From NCBI GenBank assembly GCA_965232515.1, contig CBDDPY010000002.1:320001-384000 (forward strand): a stretch of 64,000 nucleotides of DNA. The letters run 5' to 3'. The notes beneath the pieces are model-generated. The model made no database searches, was not told the DNA's origin, and saw only the letters and a program-made list of their open reading frames with translations. The stretch comes from Alphaproteobacteria bacterium. Its GTDB lineage: Bacteria; Pseudomonadota; Alphaproteobacteria; GCA-2731375. Of this stretch, positions 55,749-64,000 are shown one piece after another. The stretch's first letter is position 1, and the number at the start of each line of letters is the position of its first letter. A program made the translations under genes and the position numbers.

Positions 55749-57248
55749 ATGAACATCATCCTCATCCTCGTCGACAGCCTGAACAAACACCGCCTGGCGG
55801 CCTACAACGCCGACACGCCGTGCAAGACGCCCGTGCTCGACGCCTTCGCCGCGCGCGCGCAGGTCTTCGAGAACCATTATGTCGGCAGCCTGCCCTGCAT
55901 GCCGGCAAGGCGGGAGATCTTCGCCGGGCGCAAGGAGTTCATGTGGCGCCCCTGGGGACCGCTCGAGGTCTTCGATCCGCGCCTGCCCGTAATCGTCCGG
56001 CAGGCGGGCTACAACACCGGGATCGTCACCGACCACTATCACTACTGGGAGGAGATGGCGAACGGCTACATGCAGGGCTTCTCGTCGGCCGAGTTCATCC
56101 GCGGGCACGAGACGGATTACTGGAAGCTGCCCGAGACCGGGCCGGTGCCGCGCTGGGTCGAAAAGGTCGCCGAATTCCGTTCCGCCGTTCACCCGCGCCA
56201 GTACTACGCCAACGTCAAGGACTTCCAGGGCGAGGAAGACTACTTCCCCGCCAAGGTCTTCACAAAGGCCGCCGAATGGCTGGACGAGAACGCGGCCAAG
56301 GGCCCGTTCTTCCTGCATGTCGAGAACTTTGACGTGCATGAGCCCTACGACGTGCCCGCGCCGTACGACAAGATGTACACCGACGGCTCGAAGGACGATT
56401 TCAACATCTGGCCGCCGTACCAGGTCTATGCCGATCTCGACGCCTTCATGGCCCAGGCGACATCGGCCGATCTGGATTTCCTGAAGGCCCAGTACATGGG
56501 CAAGATCAGCATGGTCGACAAATGGCTGGGCGTGTTCTTCGACAAGCTGTCGGCGCTCGATCTCTGGGACGACACGATGGTGATTTTCACCACCGACCAC
56601 GGCCATGATTTCGCCGAGCGCGGCGTCTTCGGCAAGCAGTTCCCGCACTACGACAGCCACGCCAACATCCCGATGATGATCTGGCATCCCGGGCATGCGC
56701 CGGGGCGGGTGGAGGCGCTGACCCAGACCGTCGATATGTTCGCGACGATTATCGAGACCGCCGGCGGTACGGTCCCGGACGAGAACCGGCATTCCCGCGA
56801 CCTGTCGCCGGTGCTGAGCGGCGGCGCCACGCGCGACGCCGTCCTCTACGGCACGTTCGGGCAGGGTGTCTGCCTGTCGGACGGCGACTGGACGCTGTTC
56901 AAGTCGCCGGTTGCGGGCAAGCCGCTGTTTGCGTATTCAACCATGATCAATCGCCCGCTGATCGTCGACAATCCGGTTGACGGCCGCGTCGGCCGGATGC
57001 CCGATCCGCCCGTCGATCAGGGACAATTCGATCCGACGATCCCACTGCCGCTCTGGAAGATGCCCATCAAGATCGATCCCCGAAAAGACGAAGACTTCCT
57101 GTATCACAGGGCGGAAGATCCCGGCCAGATCCGCAATCTGTGGGATGATGCACCGGACCAGCGCGACCGCCTGCTGAACCTGATGCGGGACATGATTGTC
57201 GAGGAGGGCGCGCCGCCGGAACAGTTGGCCCGGCTGGGCCTCGATTAA
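55749..57248 (+). CDS. Sulfatase-family hydrolase (Cys-type, cytoplasmic)
   Basis: IILILVDSL, TPVLD, CMPARR (CxPxR), FDVHEP, FTTDHG. No signal peptide. Confidence 0.9.
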   Translation: MNIILILVDSLNKHRLAAYNADTPCKTPVLDAFAARAQVFENHYVGSLPCMPARREIFAGRKEFMWRPWGPLEVFDPRLPVIVRQAGYNTGIVTDHYHYWEEMANGYMQGFSSAEFIRGHETDYWKLPETGPVPRWVEKVAEFRSAVHPRQYYANVKDFQGEEDYFPAKVFTKAAEWLDENAAKGPFFLHVENFDVHEPYDVPAPYDKMYTDGSKDDFNIWPPYQVYADLDAFMAQATSADLDFLKAQYMGKISMVDKWLGVFFDKLSALDLWDDTMVIFTTDHGHDFAERGVFGKQFPHYDSHANIPMMIWHPGHAPGRVEALTQTVDMFATIIETAGGTVPDENRHSRDLSPVLSGGATRDAVLYGTFGQGVCLSDGDWTLFKSPVAGKPLFAYSTMINRPLIVDNPVDGRVGRMPDPPVDQGQFDPTIPLPLWKMPIKIDPRKDEDFLYHRAEDPGQIRNLWDDAPDQRDRLLNLMRDMIVEEGAPPEQLARLGLD

Positions 57249-57265
57249 CAGTAGAGAAGGCGCAC

Positions 57266-57916
57266 GTGGCCGAAACCGAACTTTCGAAACGCAAGTCGAT
57301 CATCGCGCATTGTCTCGAGATGAATGCGTCGGGGCTCAATCAGGGCACCTCGGGCAATATCAGCATCCGCCACAAGGACGGCCTGCTGATCACGCCGACC
57401 TCGATGCCCTACGACCAGATGAAGCCCAAGGACATCGTCTATCTCGACGCCTCGGGCAAGCCGCAGGGCGAGGGCAGGCCGTCCAGCGAATGGCGCTTTC
57501 ACCACGACATCCTGGCTGCCCGCCCTGAGGTCAACGCCGTCGTTCACACGCACGCCACCTACTGCACGACGCTGTCGATCATGGGGCTGAAGATCCCGCC
57601 GCTGCACTACATGATCGCCGTCGCCGGCGGTCACGACATCCGCCTCGCGCCCTATGCCATCTATGGCTCGCAGGAACTTTCCGACCATGTCGTCAAGGCG
57701 CTGAAGGACCGCAAGGCCTGCCTGATGGACCATCACGGCATGATCGCGGTTGGATCGTCTTTGCCGCAGGCCATGTGGCTCGCCGTCGAGGTCGAGACGC
57801 TGGCGCGCCAGTACCACGGCTGTCTGGCGCTCGGCAGGAAGCCGCCGCTGTTGACGAAGAAGCAGGTTCAGGCCGTGATCGACAAGATCGGCGGCTACGG
57901 CCGGACGGACGATTGA
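57266..57916 (+). CDS. Class II aldolase, L-fuculose-phosphate aldolase-like
   Basis: GTSGNIS, LITPT, PSSEWRFH, VVHTH, DHHG. GTG start. Confidence 0.9.
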   Translation: MAETELSKRKSIIAHCLEMNASGLNQGTSGNISIRHKDGLLITPTSMPYDQMKPKDIVYLDASGKPQGEGRPSSEWRFHHDILAARPEVNAVVHTHATYCTTLSIMGLKIPPLHYMIAVAGGHDIRLAPYAIYGSQELSDHVVKALKDRKACLMDHHGMIAVGSSLPQAMWLAVEVETLARQYHGCLALGRKPPLLTKKQVQAVIDKIGGYGRTDD

Positions 57917-58767
57917 TGTCTGAGGCAGTGGGTAATGGCGTGACGAACACCGTCAAGGCGCGCCGGCCGGGCCGGCCGACATACGATCTCGCCGACCGCT
58001 CGGCGGCCGCCCAGTTCGAGGCCATTCGTCGCGACATCCGTCTCGACAAGGCATCGAAGCGTCCGCTCTGGCGGCAGATTTCCGAAGCGCTGGAAGCCGC
58101 CGTGCGCGGCGGCGGCCTGGCGCCGCGCTCGCGCCTGCCGTCGGAGGAGGCGCTGGCCGCGATGTTCGGCGTCTCCCGGCCCGTCGTGCGCAACGCGCTG
58201 CAGGCGCTGGCCGGCCGCGGCCTCGTCGTCAAGTTGCACCGCAAGGGCATCTTTGTGGGCGACCCGCCGCCCGAGACCGGGTTCATCACCACCAACCTCG
58301 CCGCCTATGACGACCTCGTCGCCCGCGGCCACAAGGTCACCACCCAAACGTTCGAGCTGTACAGAAGCGCGCCGGACCCTGACGAGCGCGCCGCGCTGCA
58401 GCTCGACGACGCCGATACCGTGGTCCGCATCGGCCGGGTCTTCTTCATGGACGGCAAGCCGATCACCCATGCCCGCATCTCCTTCCACGGCGCCAAGGTG
58501 CCGGGGTTCGAGCATGAAGACATGGAAGGCCGCCCGATCCTGCGTCATATCCAGGACCGCTACGGCCGCTCGCTGTCGCGCGCCGAGCGCTGGTTCAAGG
58601 CCGTGATGCCGCCCGCGGATGTCGCCGACGCCATGGACCTCGGCCCCGACACGCCGGTGATCTGGATCGAGTCGATCGCCTACGAGGCCGACAACACGCC
58701 GCTCGAATACTACCGAGCGCACTACAATTCCGAGACCGCCCTGGTCCACCTCTCGGTCATCGGCTAG
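57916..58767 (+). CDS. GntR family regulator (HutC/UTRA subfamily)
   Basis: PLWRQI, LPSEEALAAMFGVSRPVVRNAL, KGIFV, UTRA-like C-terminus. TGATG coupling to the aldolase gene. Confidence 0.9.
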   Translation: MSEAVGNGVTNTVKARRPGRPTYDLADRSAAAQFEAIRRDIRLDKASKRPLWRQISEALEAAVRGGGLAPRSRLPSEEALAAMFGVSRPVVRNALQALAGRGLVVKLHRKGIFVGDPPPETGFITTNLAAYDDLVARGHKVTTQTFELYRSAPDPDERAALQLDDADTVVRIGRVFFMDGKPITHARISFHGAKVPGFEHEDMEGRPILRHIQDRYGRSLSRAERWFKAVMPPADVADAMDLGPDTPVIWIESIAYEADNTPLEYYRAHYNSETALVHLSVIG

Positions 58768-58850
58768 CCGGCTGGCGAAATAGTTTGATAGCGCGGCTGA
58801 CCATCCCTCGAGACAGCCGCTGACGGGACGTCCTAAGGCTTCCCCATGTC

Positions 58851-58934
58851 GTCATTGCCGGACTTGATCCGGCAATCCAGGCAGCTCTTGTCCCAGGCAC
58901 GGTTCTGGATCACCGGGTCAAGCCCGGTGATGAC
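58851..58934. repeat. Alphaproteobacterial RPE/REP-like palindromic element
   Basis: GTCATTGCCGGACTTGATCCGGCAATCC...GGATCACCGGGTCAAGCCCGGTGATGAC: two hairpins with complementary outer ends, inside further inverted arms spanning about 58764-59054. Confidence 0.8.
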
Positions 58935-59068
58935 AAAGCGGTAGCTAACACATTGAATGCAAGGGATTGATTTCGAGTCAGACTCTGATGAGACGCGAAG
59001 CGTCGTCTCGAAGCATGCTGGTACCGAATTCGCGGTATTTTCAACGGCCTGCTAGCCGGGCTTGAGCG

Positions 59069-60109
59069 TCAGCACGGGTTCAGCGGCGGCTCGCCGGCGA
59101 GATAACGGCGCACGTCCTCGGTCGCCTGTTCTGCGGCGTACGCGACGGTGCGCACCGAAGCGCCGGCGATATGCGGGGTGAGCGTCACGTTGGGCAACTT
59201 GAGCAGCGGCGTGTCAGCCGGGACGGGCTCGGTCGTGAACGTGTCGATCGCGGCGGCGGCGAGAGGGCCTTCGGTCAATGCGCGATACATGGCATCGTCG
59301 TCGCAGAGTGAACCGCGCGTGGTGTTGATCAGCACCGCGCCGTCGCGCATTCGTGCGAACGCCGCCGCGTCCATCATGCCGATCGTCTCTGGCGTCACCT
59401 TGGGGTGCAGCGTGACGACATCCGATTGCGCCAGCAGCGTGTCCATGTCGACGGTGTCGACGCCGGCCGCCATGTCTTCGTCGACAAGTTCGGCATAGGG
59501 GTCGTGGACGACGATGCGGCAGCCGAAGGCGCGCAGCAGCTGGACGACGCGGCGGCCGATGGCGCCATAGCCGACAACGCCCACCGTCATCTCGGACAGC
59601 TCGCGCCCCGTGGTGTCCGCGCGATAGAGGTCGTCGCGCCAGATCCCCTGCCGGAGCGCTTCATGCCCCTCGCGGATCTTCCGCGTCTCCGCCAGGATCG
59701 CGCCGATGGTGAACTCGGCCACGGCTGAGGCGTTTCGCGCCGGCGTGTTCGTCACCAGAATGCTCCGCTCGCGGCAGGCCTCGACGTTGATGTTTACAGG
59801 GCCGCCCCGCGACACCGCGATCATGCGCAAGTGAGGCAGGTCGTCCAGCATCGCTCGCGACACCGGCGCCAGGTGCGTGACCAGGATTTCCGCATCGCCG
59901 ATGATGCCGAGGACCGCGTCTGCGGTGCCGAAATATTCCTTCAGCCCGTCCATGCCCGCCGTCGTGTGGCCGTGCACCAGCGGCTCGCCCGGCCAGTTGT
60001 TCCGGTGCAGCCGAATGTCCAGACCGTCGCCGACCGCCGCGATCAGCCGGTCGCGAAACATCTCCGGCAGCATGAAATTGTCGCCGATGATGATGATCTT
60101 GCGGGACAT
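59069..60109 (-). CDS. D-isomer-specific 2-hydroxyacid dehydrogenase family protein (probable polyol-phosphate dehydrogenase)
   Basis: SRGGPVN, RNASAVAEF, GYGAIG, INTTRG, LTPHIAG. Confidence 0.88.
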   Translation of the reverse strand: MSRKIIIIGDNFMLPEMFRDRLIAAVGDGLDIRLHRNNWPGEPLVHGHTTAGMDGLKEYFGTADAVLGIIGDAEILVTHLAPVSRAMLDDLPHLRMIAVSRGGPVNINVEACRERSILVTNTPARNASAVAEFTIGAILAETRKIREGHEALRQGIWRDDLYRADTTGRELSEMTVGVVGYGAIGRRVVQLLRAFGCRIVVHDPYAELVDEDMAAGVDTVDMDTLLAQSDVVTLHPKVTPETIGMMDAAAFARMRDGAVLINTTRGSLCDDDAMYRALTEGPLAAAAIDTFTTEPVPADTPLLKLPNVTLTPHIAGASVRTVAYAAEQATEDVRRYLAGEPPLNPC

Positions 60110-60211
60110 CTACTGTTCCTTATCCAAGTCAGGCAGCGCATTCTCAATCCCGATGACGGGGTCATGTTGCCTGCTTGCGGCGTCGACCGGTAGTCATTGG
60201 CATTGAATGGA

Positions 60212-60234
60212 TATATTCTAGTAATTACAAGAAT
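60212..60234. promoter_or_regulatory. Palindromic operator, copy 2
   Basis: TATATTCTAGTAATTACAAGAAT in the divergent dehydrogenase/kinase promoter. Confidence 0.78.
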
Positions 60235-60272
60235 TATGCGATCCGCGACAAGAACATTGCGAAGGCCAATCC

Positions 60273-61742
60273 ATGCTGCATCTCGGGATTGACGTCGGCA
60301 CCACCTCGGTCAAGGCCGCCGTCTACGACCGGTCCGGCGAAAAGCACGCCATGGCCAGGGTCGCGGCCGAGACCCTCATGCCGCATCCCGGCTGGTCGGA
60401 ACAGGACATGGCGGCCGCCTGGTCGAATGTCGTCGCCGTCATCCGCGAGATCGCTGGTTCGGTAAACGGCAGCGACATCGCCTCGATCGGCGTGTCGGGG
60501 CAGGGCGATGGCCTCTGGGCGCTCGACGCCGATCGCCGGCCCGTGCGCAACGCCATCCTCTGGAACGATCAGCGGGCAAGCGACATCGTCTCGCGATGGT
60601 CGGACGACGGCGTCGTCGACGCGATCGCAAAATCGTGCCGAACGGCCCTGTGGCCGGGCACCAATGCGGCCATCTATGCCTGGCTCAGGGCGAACGATCC
60701 CGACGCGGCGGGCCGCATCGATGTGATCGTCAATGCGAAGGACTGGATCGGCCATTTGCTGACGGGCGAGCTCGCAACGGACTACGCCGATGCCAGCATC
60801 GCCTTTCTGGATCTGCAATCGAAAACCTATTCGGACAGCGCGTTTGAGCGTTGCGGCGTGTCCGAGCTCGCCGGCAAGCTCCTGCCGCCCCGCCCGTCCG
60901 CCGAGCCCTTGGGCCGGCTCCGGGATGCCGTCGCCGGCGACCTCGGCCTGAAGGCCGGCACGCCCGTCGCGGTCGGCGCCCTCGACATCGCCGCCATGCA
61001 TGTCGGGGCCGGCCTGAACGATGTCGGCGATGCCCTGTTGATTCTGGGCACAACGGCTGTGGTCAGCACGGTGACGTCGCCGTCGCCGCCGCGTGACCGG
61101 ATCGTCGGCGCGACGGTGGTCCACGCCACCGGCGACCGCTGGCTCAACGTCCAGGCGCCGCAATCGGGCACCTCGGCGCTCGACTGGTTCTGCGAACGGT
61201 TCCACGACCTGTTCCCCGGGGGCGCGCCGGATCTCGTCGCGCTGGCCGAGACCGCGCCGCCGGGCGCGAACGGCGTGTTATTCCTGCCCTATCTCACGGG
61301 CGAACGCGCGCCCTTCGTGGCGCCGGACGCCACCGGATCGTTCCTGGGCCTTCGCGCCACCAGCACATCAGCCGACATGGCCCGTGCCGTCCTGGAAGGC
61401 GTCGCCTTCAGCCTGCGCCATTGCCTGGACGAAACCGGCATCGCCGAAAGGGCCGGCTTCGTCGTCACCGGCGGCGGCGCCCGCAGCGACCTCTGGCGCC
61501 AGATCCTCGCCGATGTGATGGGCGTGACGATCCGCAGTCCCGCCGAAGATGAACTCGGCCTCCTCGGCGCCGCCCGCCTCGGCGCCCACGCCGCCGGCGT
61601 GCTGGACGCCTTCACCGCCCATGCGCCAACGAACACGGCAGTCGCCGCGCGCGAACCGGACCCGGATGCGGTCACCTGCATGGAGTCGCACTACGCCGGA
61701 TACCGCGCCGCCATCGACGCGCTGGCGCCAGGCTGGTCATGA
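60273..61742 (+). CDS. FGGY family carbohydrate/polyol kinase
   Basis: LGIDVGTTSVK, SGQGDG, AILWNDQR, FLPYLTGERAP, RAVLEGVA, GGGARS. Confidence 0.93.
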   Translation: MLHLGIDVGTTSVKAAVYDRSGEKHAMARVAAETLMPHPGWSEQDMAAAWSNVVAVIREIAGSVNGSDIASIGVSGQGDGLWALDADRRPVRNAILWNDQRASDIVSRWSDDGVVDAIAKSCRTALWPGTNAAIYAWLRANDPDAAGRIDVIVNAKDWIGHLLTGELATDYADASIAFLDLQSKTYSDSAFERCGVSELAGKLLPPRPSAEPLGRLRDAVAGDLGLKAGTPVAVGALDIAAMHVGAGLNDVGDALLILGTTAVVSTVTSPSPPRDRIVGATVVHATGDRWLNVQAPQSGTSALDWFCERFHDLFPGGAPDLVALAETAPPGANGVLFLPYLTGERAPFVAPDATGSFLGLRATSTSADMARAVLEGVAFSLRHCLDETGIAERAGFVVTGGGARSDLWRQILADVMGVTIRSPAEDELGLLGAARLGAHAAGVLDAFTAHAPTNTAVAAREPDPDAVTCMESHYAGYRAAIDALAPGWS

Positions 61743-61914
61743 TCGACACGCGGGACCAGGGATCGGTGTCCTAAATCACCTCACGCCTCGCGACAGCCGT
61801 CACGTCACTGCCGTGCGTCCGCTGTCGCTTGGTCGGAAATTTGGGCCTGCCGCGTCAGTTCGTGTTTGCCGCGATACGTGGAAGGCGATCGACCATCTGG
61901 CTAAGACGCCGCCG

Positions 61915-62245
61915 GCTTCGATGTGCCGGCAAAATTGCGCCGGGCCGGGCCGCCCTACGGCCTTTCGCCGGGCGATCTGATGGCATCGACCATGGTGACA
62001 TCCGGCACCATGACGAACCGCATCGACCAGCTCGAGAAGGCGGGCCTGGCGGCCCGGCAGCCAAGCCCCGACGACCGCCGCAGCTTCCGCATCTCGCTCA
62101 CCAAAAAAGGCTTCCGCGTCATCGACGCCGCCGTCACCGCCCACATCCAGGCCCAACAAAACTGGTATCGGGCCTGTCCAAAGACGAACGCCGCCAACTC
62201 GACGCGCTGCTGAAGAGGTTCTTGGAAGACTTCAAAACCGACTGA
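61915..62245 (+). pseudogene. Truncated, frameshifted MarR-family (PecS-like) regulator
   Basis: FDV-AKLRRAGPPYGLSPGDL...TSGTMTNRIDQLEKAG...DDRRS..ISLTKKG in one frame, continuing as LVSGLSKDERRQLDALLKRFL in another after about 62155. No recognisable N-terminal helix or start. Confidence 0.75.
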
Positions 62246-62755
62246 GCGCCGAGCCTATCAACCCGTCAACGCGTGCCGCGCGACCACGAAGGTTCACATC
62301 GTGAGCGATGCCAAAGACGTTTCGATCGCGTCGTCTACGAGGCGTAATCCCACTGTTTGCAGGTCCGGCAGTGCAACGCGCATGTGCGAGTGCCGTATCT
62401 CTAGGCATTCGATAGGTTGTCGAGGCCGACGTTCCGCTGCCTTCGCATCTGGGTCCGCAACACAAACAACCCACAATGCCAGTTCCGCATTGTTGTCTGC
62501 TGTCGGCGCACTAGCAGCCGCATTGCGTTGAGAGACTTAACAGCCGAGATTAACAAGGAGCGGTGTAGTATCGATTTTGCCACAACCAGCAACTAGGCGG
62601 ACCAATTCGACTTTCGCAGGGCGGCAGAATTCTGTTGGGGACGTCGGAATCCAATCATTTGTTGCGGAGTGATGGAGTGTTCACTCCAACACATCCAGCA
62701 GCGCTCGGCTACGCCACTAGAAAAACTTTTCAGCCTGATCCGGGTGGTATTCGCT

Positions 62756-64000
62756 CTAGCCAAGCATCTCGTTGTAGATCTCGAACACCCGCTCGGCGCA
62801 ATCCAGAGTTTCCACAATATCCGCTTCGTCACCTTCCAAGACTTGTGGGTTGCGGATCAACCAATCGGCGGGTCGGTAATGGTTATACTCGGGTATATTA
62901 TTCGGCAAGAGCCGGAAGTATGCTTCTGCTTGTTTAACTTGCCTTGGCGCCCCCTCTGCCTCAACCAACTTGTCTGCCGAGAGGGCGTGTTCTTCCTGGA
63001 GCGAATACGCTCCGTTGATGATCCGACAAAAGAGCTGTGGGTGCATTATGTCCTCAACGTCGGCCTCGTCCTGATTGAGTAGTTCAGCAATGGTGTGCAG
63101 TCTCTCAGCTGCCAAGATCTCGCTCCGGCGGATACGTTCTATCTTGCCCTTATCACCCTGACCTTGATCAGACAGAACAGCCACATTTAAGTGGTTCCCG
63201 TGAAACAACGATACAAACGGGCGAATATTGTCAATGCCCCCGGCGGGGCACATGGTCCACCTCGCGTCTAAGCCCTTCCGCCCCCGACATTCGAGCTCAT
63301 TGGACAGCGCTTGCAAATACAAAATGTCCGAAGGTCCCTCGACAAGAAGGCTGTTTTCGCCAACGAACAATGACTGCGTGACGGAGTAGCCGAGCGCACC
63401 CTGTAGAGGAAAGAGGGTGTCTTTGTCGGTGCTCATCACGTCTTGTGTGATCTTCGTGCCCTCTGACTGTGGACGCGCAGGTTTCTCGTAAGTGATCACG
63501 TCTTCGACCACCCGGCAATCGGCCAGCCGTTTTGGAGGAACCATAAACGGCGAATGAGTTGAGTAGATCACCTGGTGCGACGGCAGCAATTGCTCCTCAA
63601 TGTATCGCAACAGGTCCTCTTGAGCTTTGCCGTGGAGCGTCAGGCCTGGCTCGTCAAGCAAGATAATCACATTGTCCGTTTCGCGTCGCATCATCGCGAA
63701 TTGTACGAGAAACGAAAAGAACCAAACAAAGCCAGCACTTCTCTCGGAGAATGGAACGCTTGCGCGATGGAGCTGATTGTAAACGCGCGCACGTGCGACT
63801 GCGCCCACGTTGAAAGGTGCTGGATCTTCTGATCGTCCTTCGTTCAGTTCCACCTTCACCTCAAGGTGCTTGTTCTGTGACCAATACTCAAAGATTTGAT
63901 CAGTAATGTCCGCAGATGCGGCTTCACACTTCGCATTCAACTCTTCATAGCGCGGCGATCCTTTCAGGTCCTCAAGATCGGTGCCGGAAAGTCGAAGAAA
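62756..64000 (-). CDS. OLD-family ATP-dependent nuclease (ABC ATPase + TOPRIM), 5' end outside window
   Basis: Frame is open to base 64000. RSAGFVWFFSF, ILLDEPGLTLH, YSTHSPFM, TOPRIM LLVEGPSDILY, AGG, DVED. Lower GC than the flanks. Confidence 0.88.
   Translation of the reverse strand, partial: FLRLSGTDLEDLKGSPRYEELNAKCEAASADITDQIFEYWSQNKHLEVKVELNEGRSEDPAPFNVGAVARARVYNQLHRASVPFSERSAGFVWFFSFLVQFAMMRRETDNVIILLDEPGLTLHGKAQEDLLRYIEEQLLPSHQVIYSTHSPFMVPPKRLADCRVVEDVITYEKPARPQSEGTKITQDVMSTDKDTLFPLQGALGYSVTQSLFVGENSLLVEGPSDILYLQALSNELECRGRKGLDARWTMCPAGGIDNIRPFVSLFHGNHLNVAVLSDQGQGDKGKIERIRRSEILAAERLHTIAELLNQDEADVEDIMHPQLFCRIINGAYSLQEEHALSADKLVEAEGAPRQVKQAEAYFRLLPNNIPEYNHYRPADWLIRNPQVLEGDEADIVETLDCAERVFEIYNEMLG

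Noticed and set aside
62232-63082. Short ORFs in the lower-GC spacer and overlapping the OLD gene 3' end
   Set aside because: No RBS, motifs or coding-like composition that I can support.
62756-64000. Complete Gabija system
   Set aside because: No GajB/UvrD helicase follows the OLD gene within the window.

Overview
GC-rich (roughly two-thirds G+C by eye) bacterial DNA, most consistent with an alphaproteobacterium (XoxF5-type xoxF-xoxG-xoxJ cluster, many TRAP/ABC transporters, alphaproteobacterial-style intergenic palindromic repeats). Most of the window is catabolic: amidase, TauD and PhyH-type dioxygenases, LeuCD-like hydratase, two TRAP loci, a lanthanide methanol dehydrogenase cluster beside a Ca-type quinohemoprotein ADH, a LacI-controlled sugar ABC/GH31 operon, a Baeyer-Villiger monooxygenase, and a sulfatase/polyol-kinase locus. 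Four things stand out. (1) A 1458-aa restriction-endonuclease-like + STAND-like NTPase protein with five near-identical 261-bp/87-aa repeats that vary mainly at a few amino-acid-changing positions, an NLR-like candidate immune receptor. (2) An operon of two giant unannotated proteins (1173 and 1364 aa). (3) A shared 23-bp operator joining a sulfatase/ABC module to a kinase/dehydrogenase module, suggesting an undescribed pathway for a sulfated (or otherwise esterified) polyol. (4) Two tandem exported coiled-coil proteins. The right end has a frameshifted MarR remnant and a lower-GC OLD-family nuclease gene running off the window. No rRNA, tRNA, CRISPR array or transposase was recognised. All family calls come from motif recognition by eye, without database searches.
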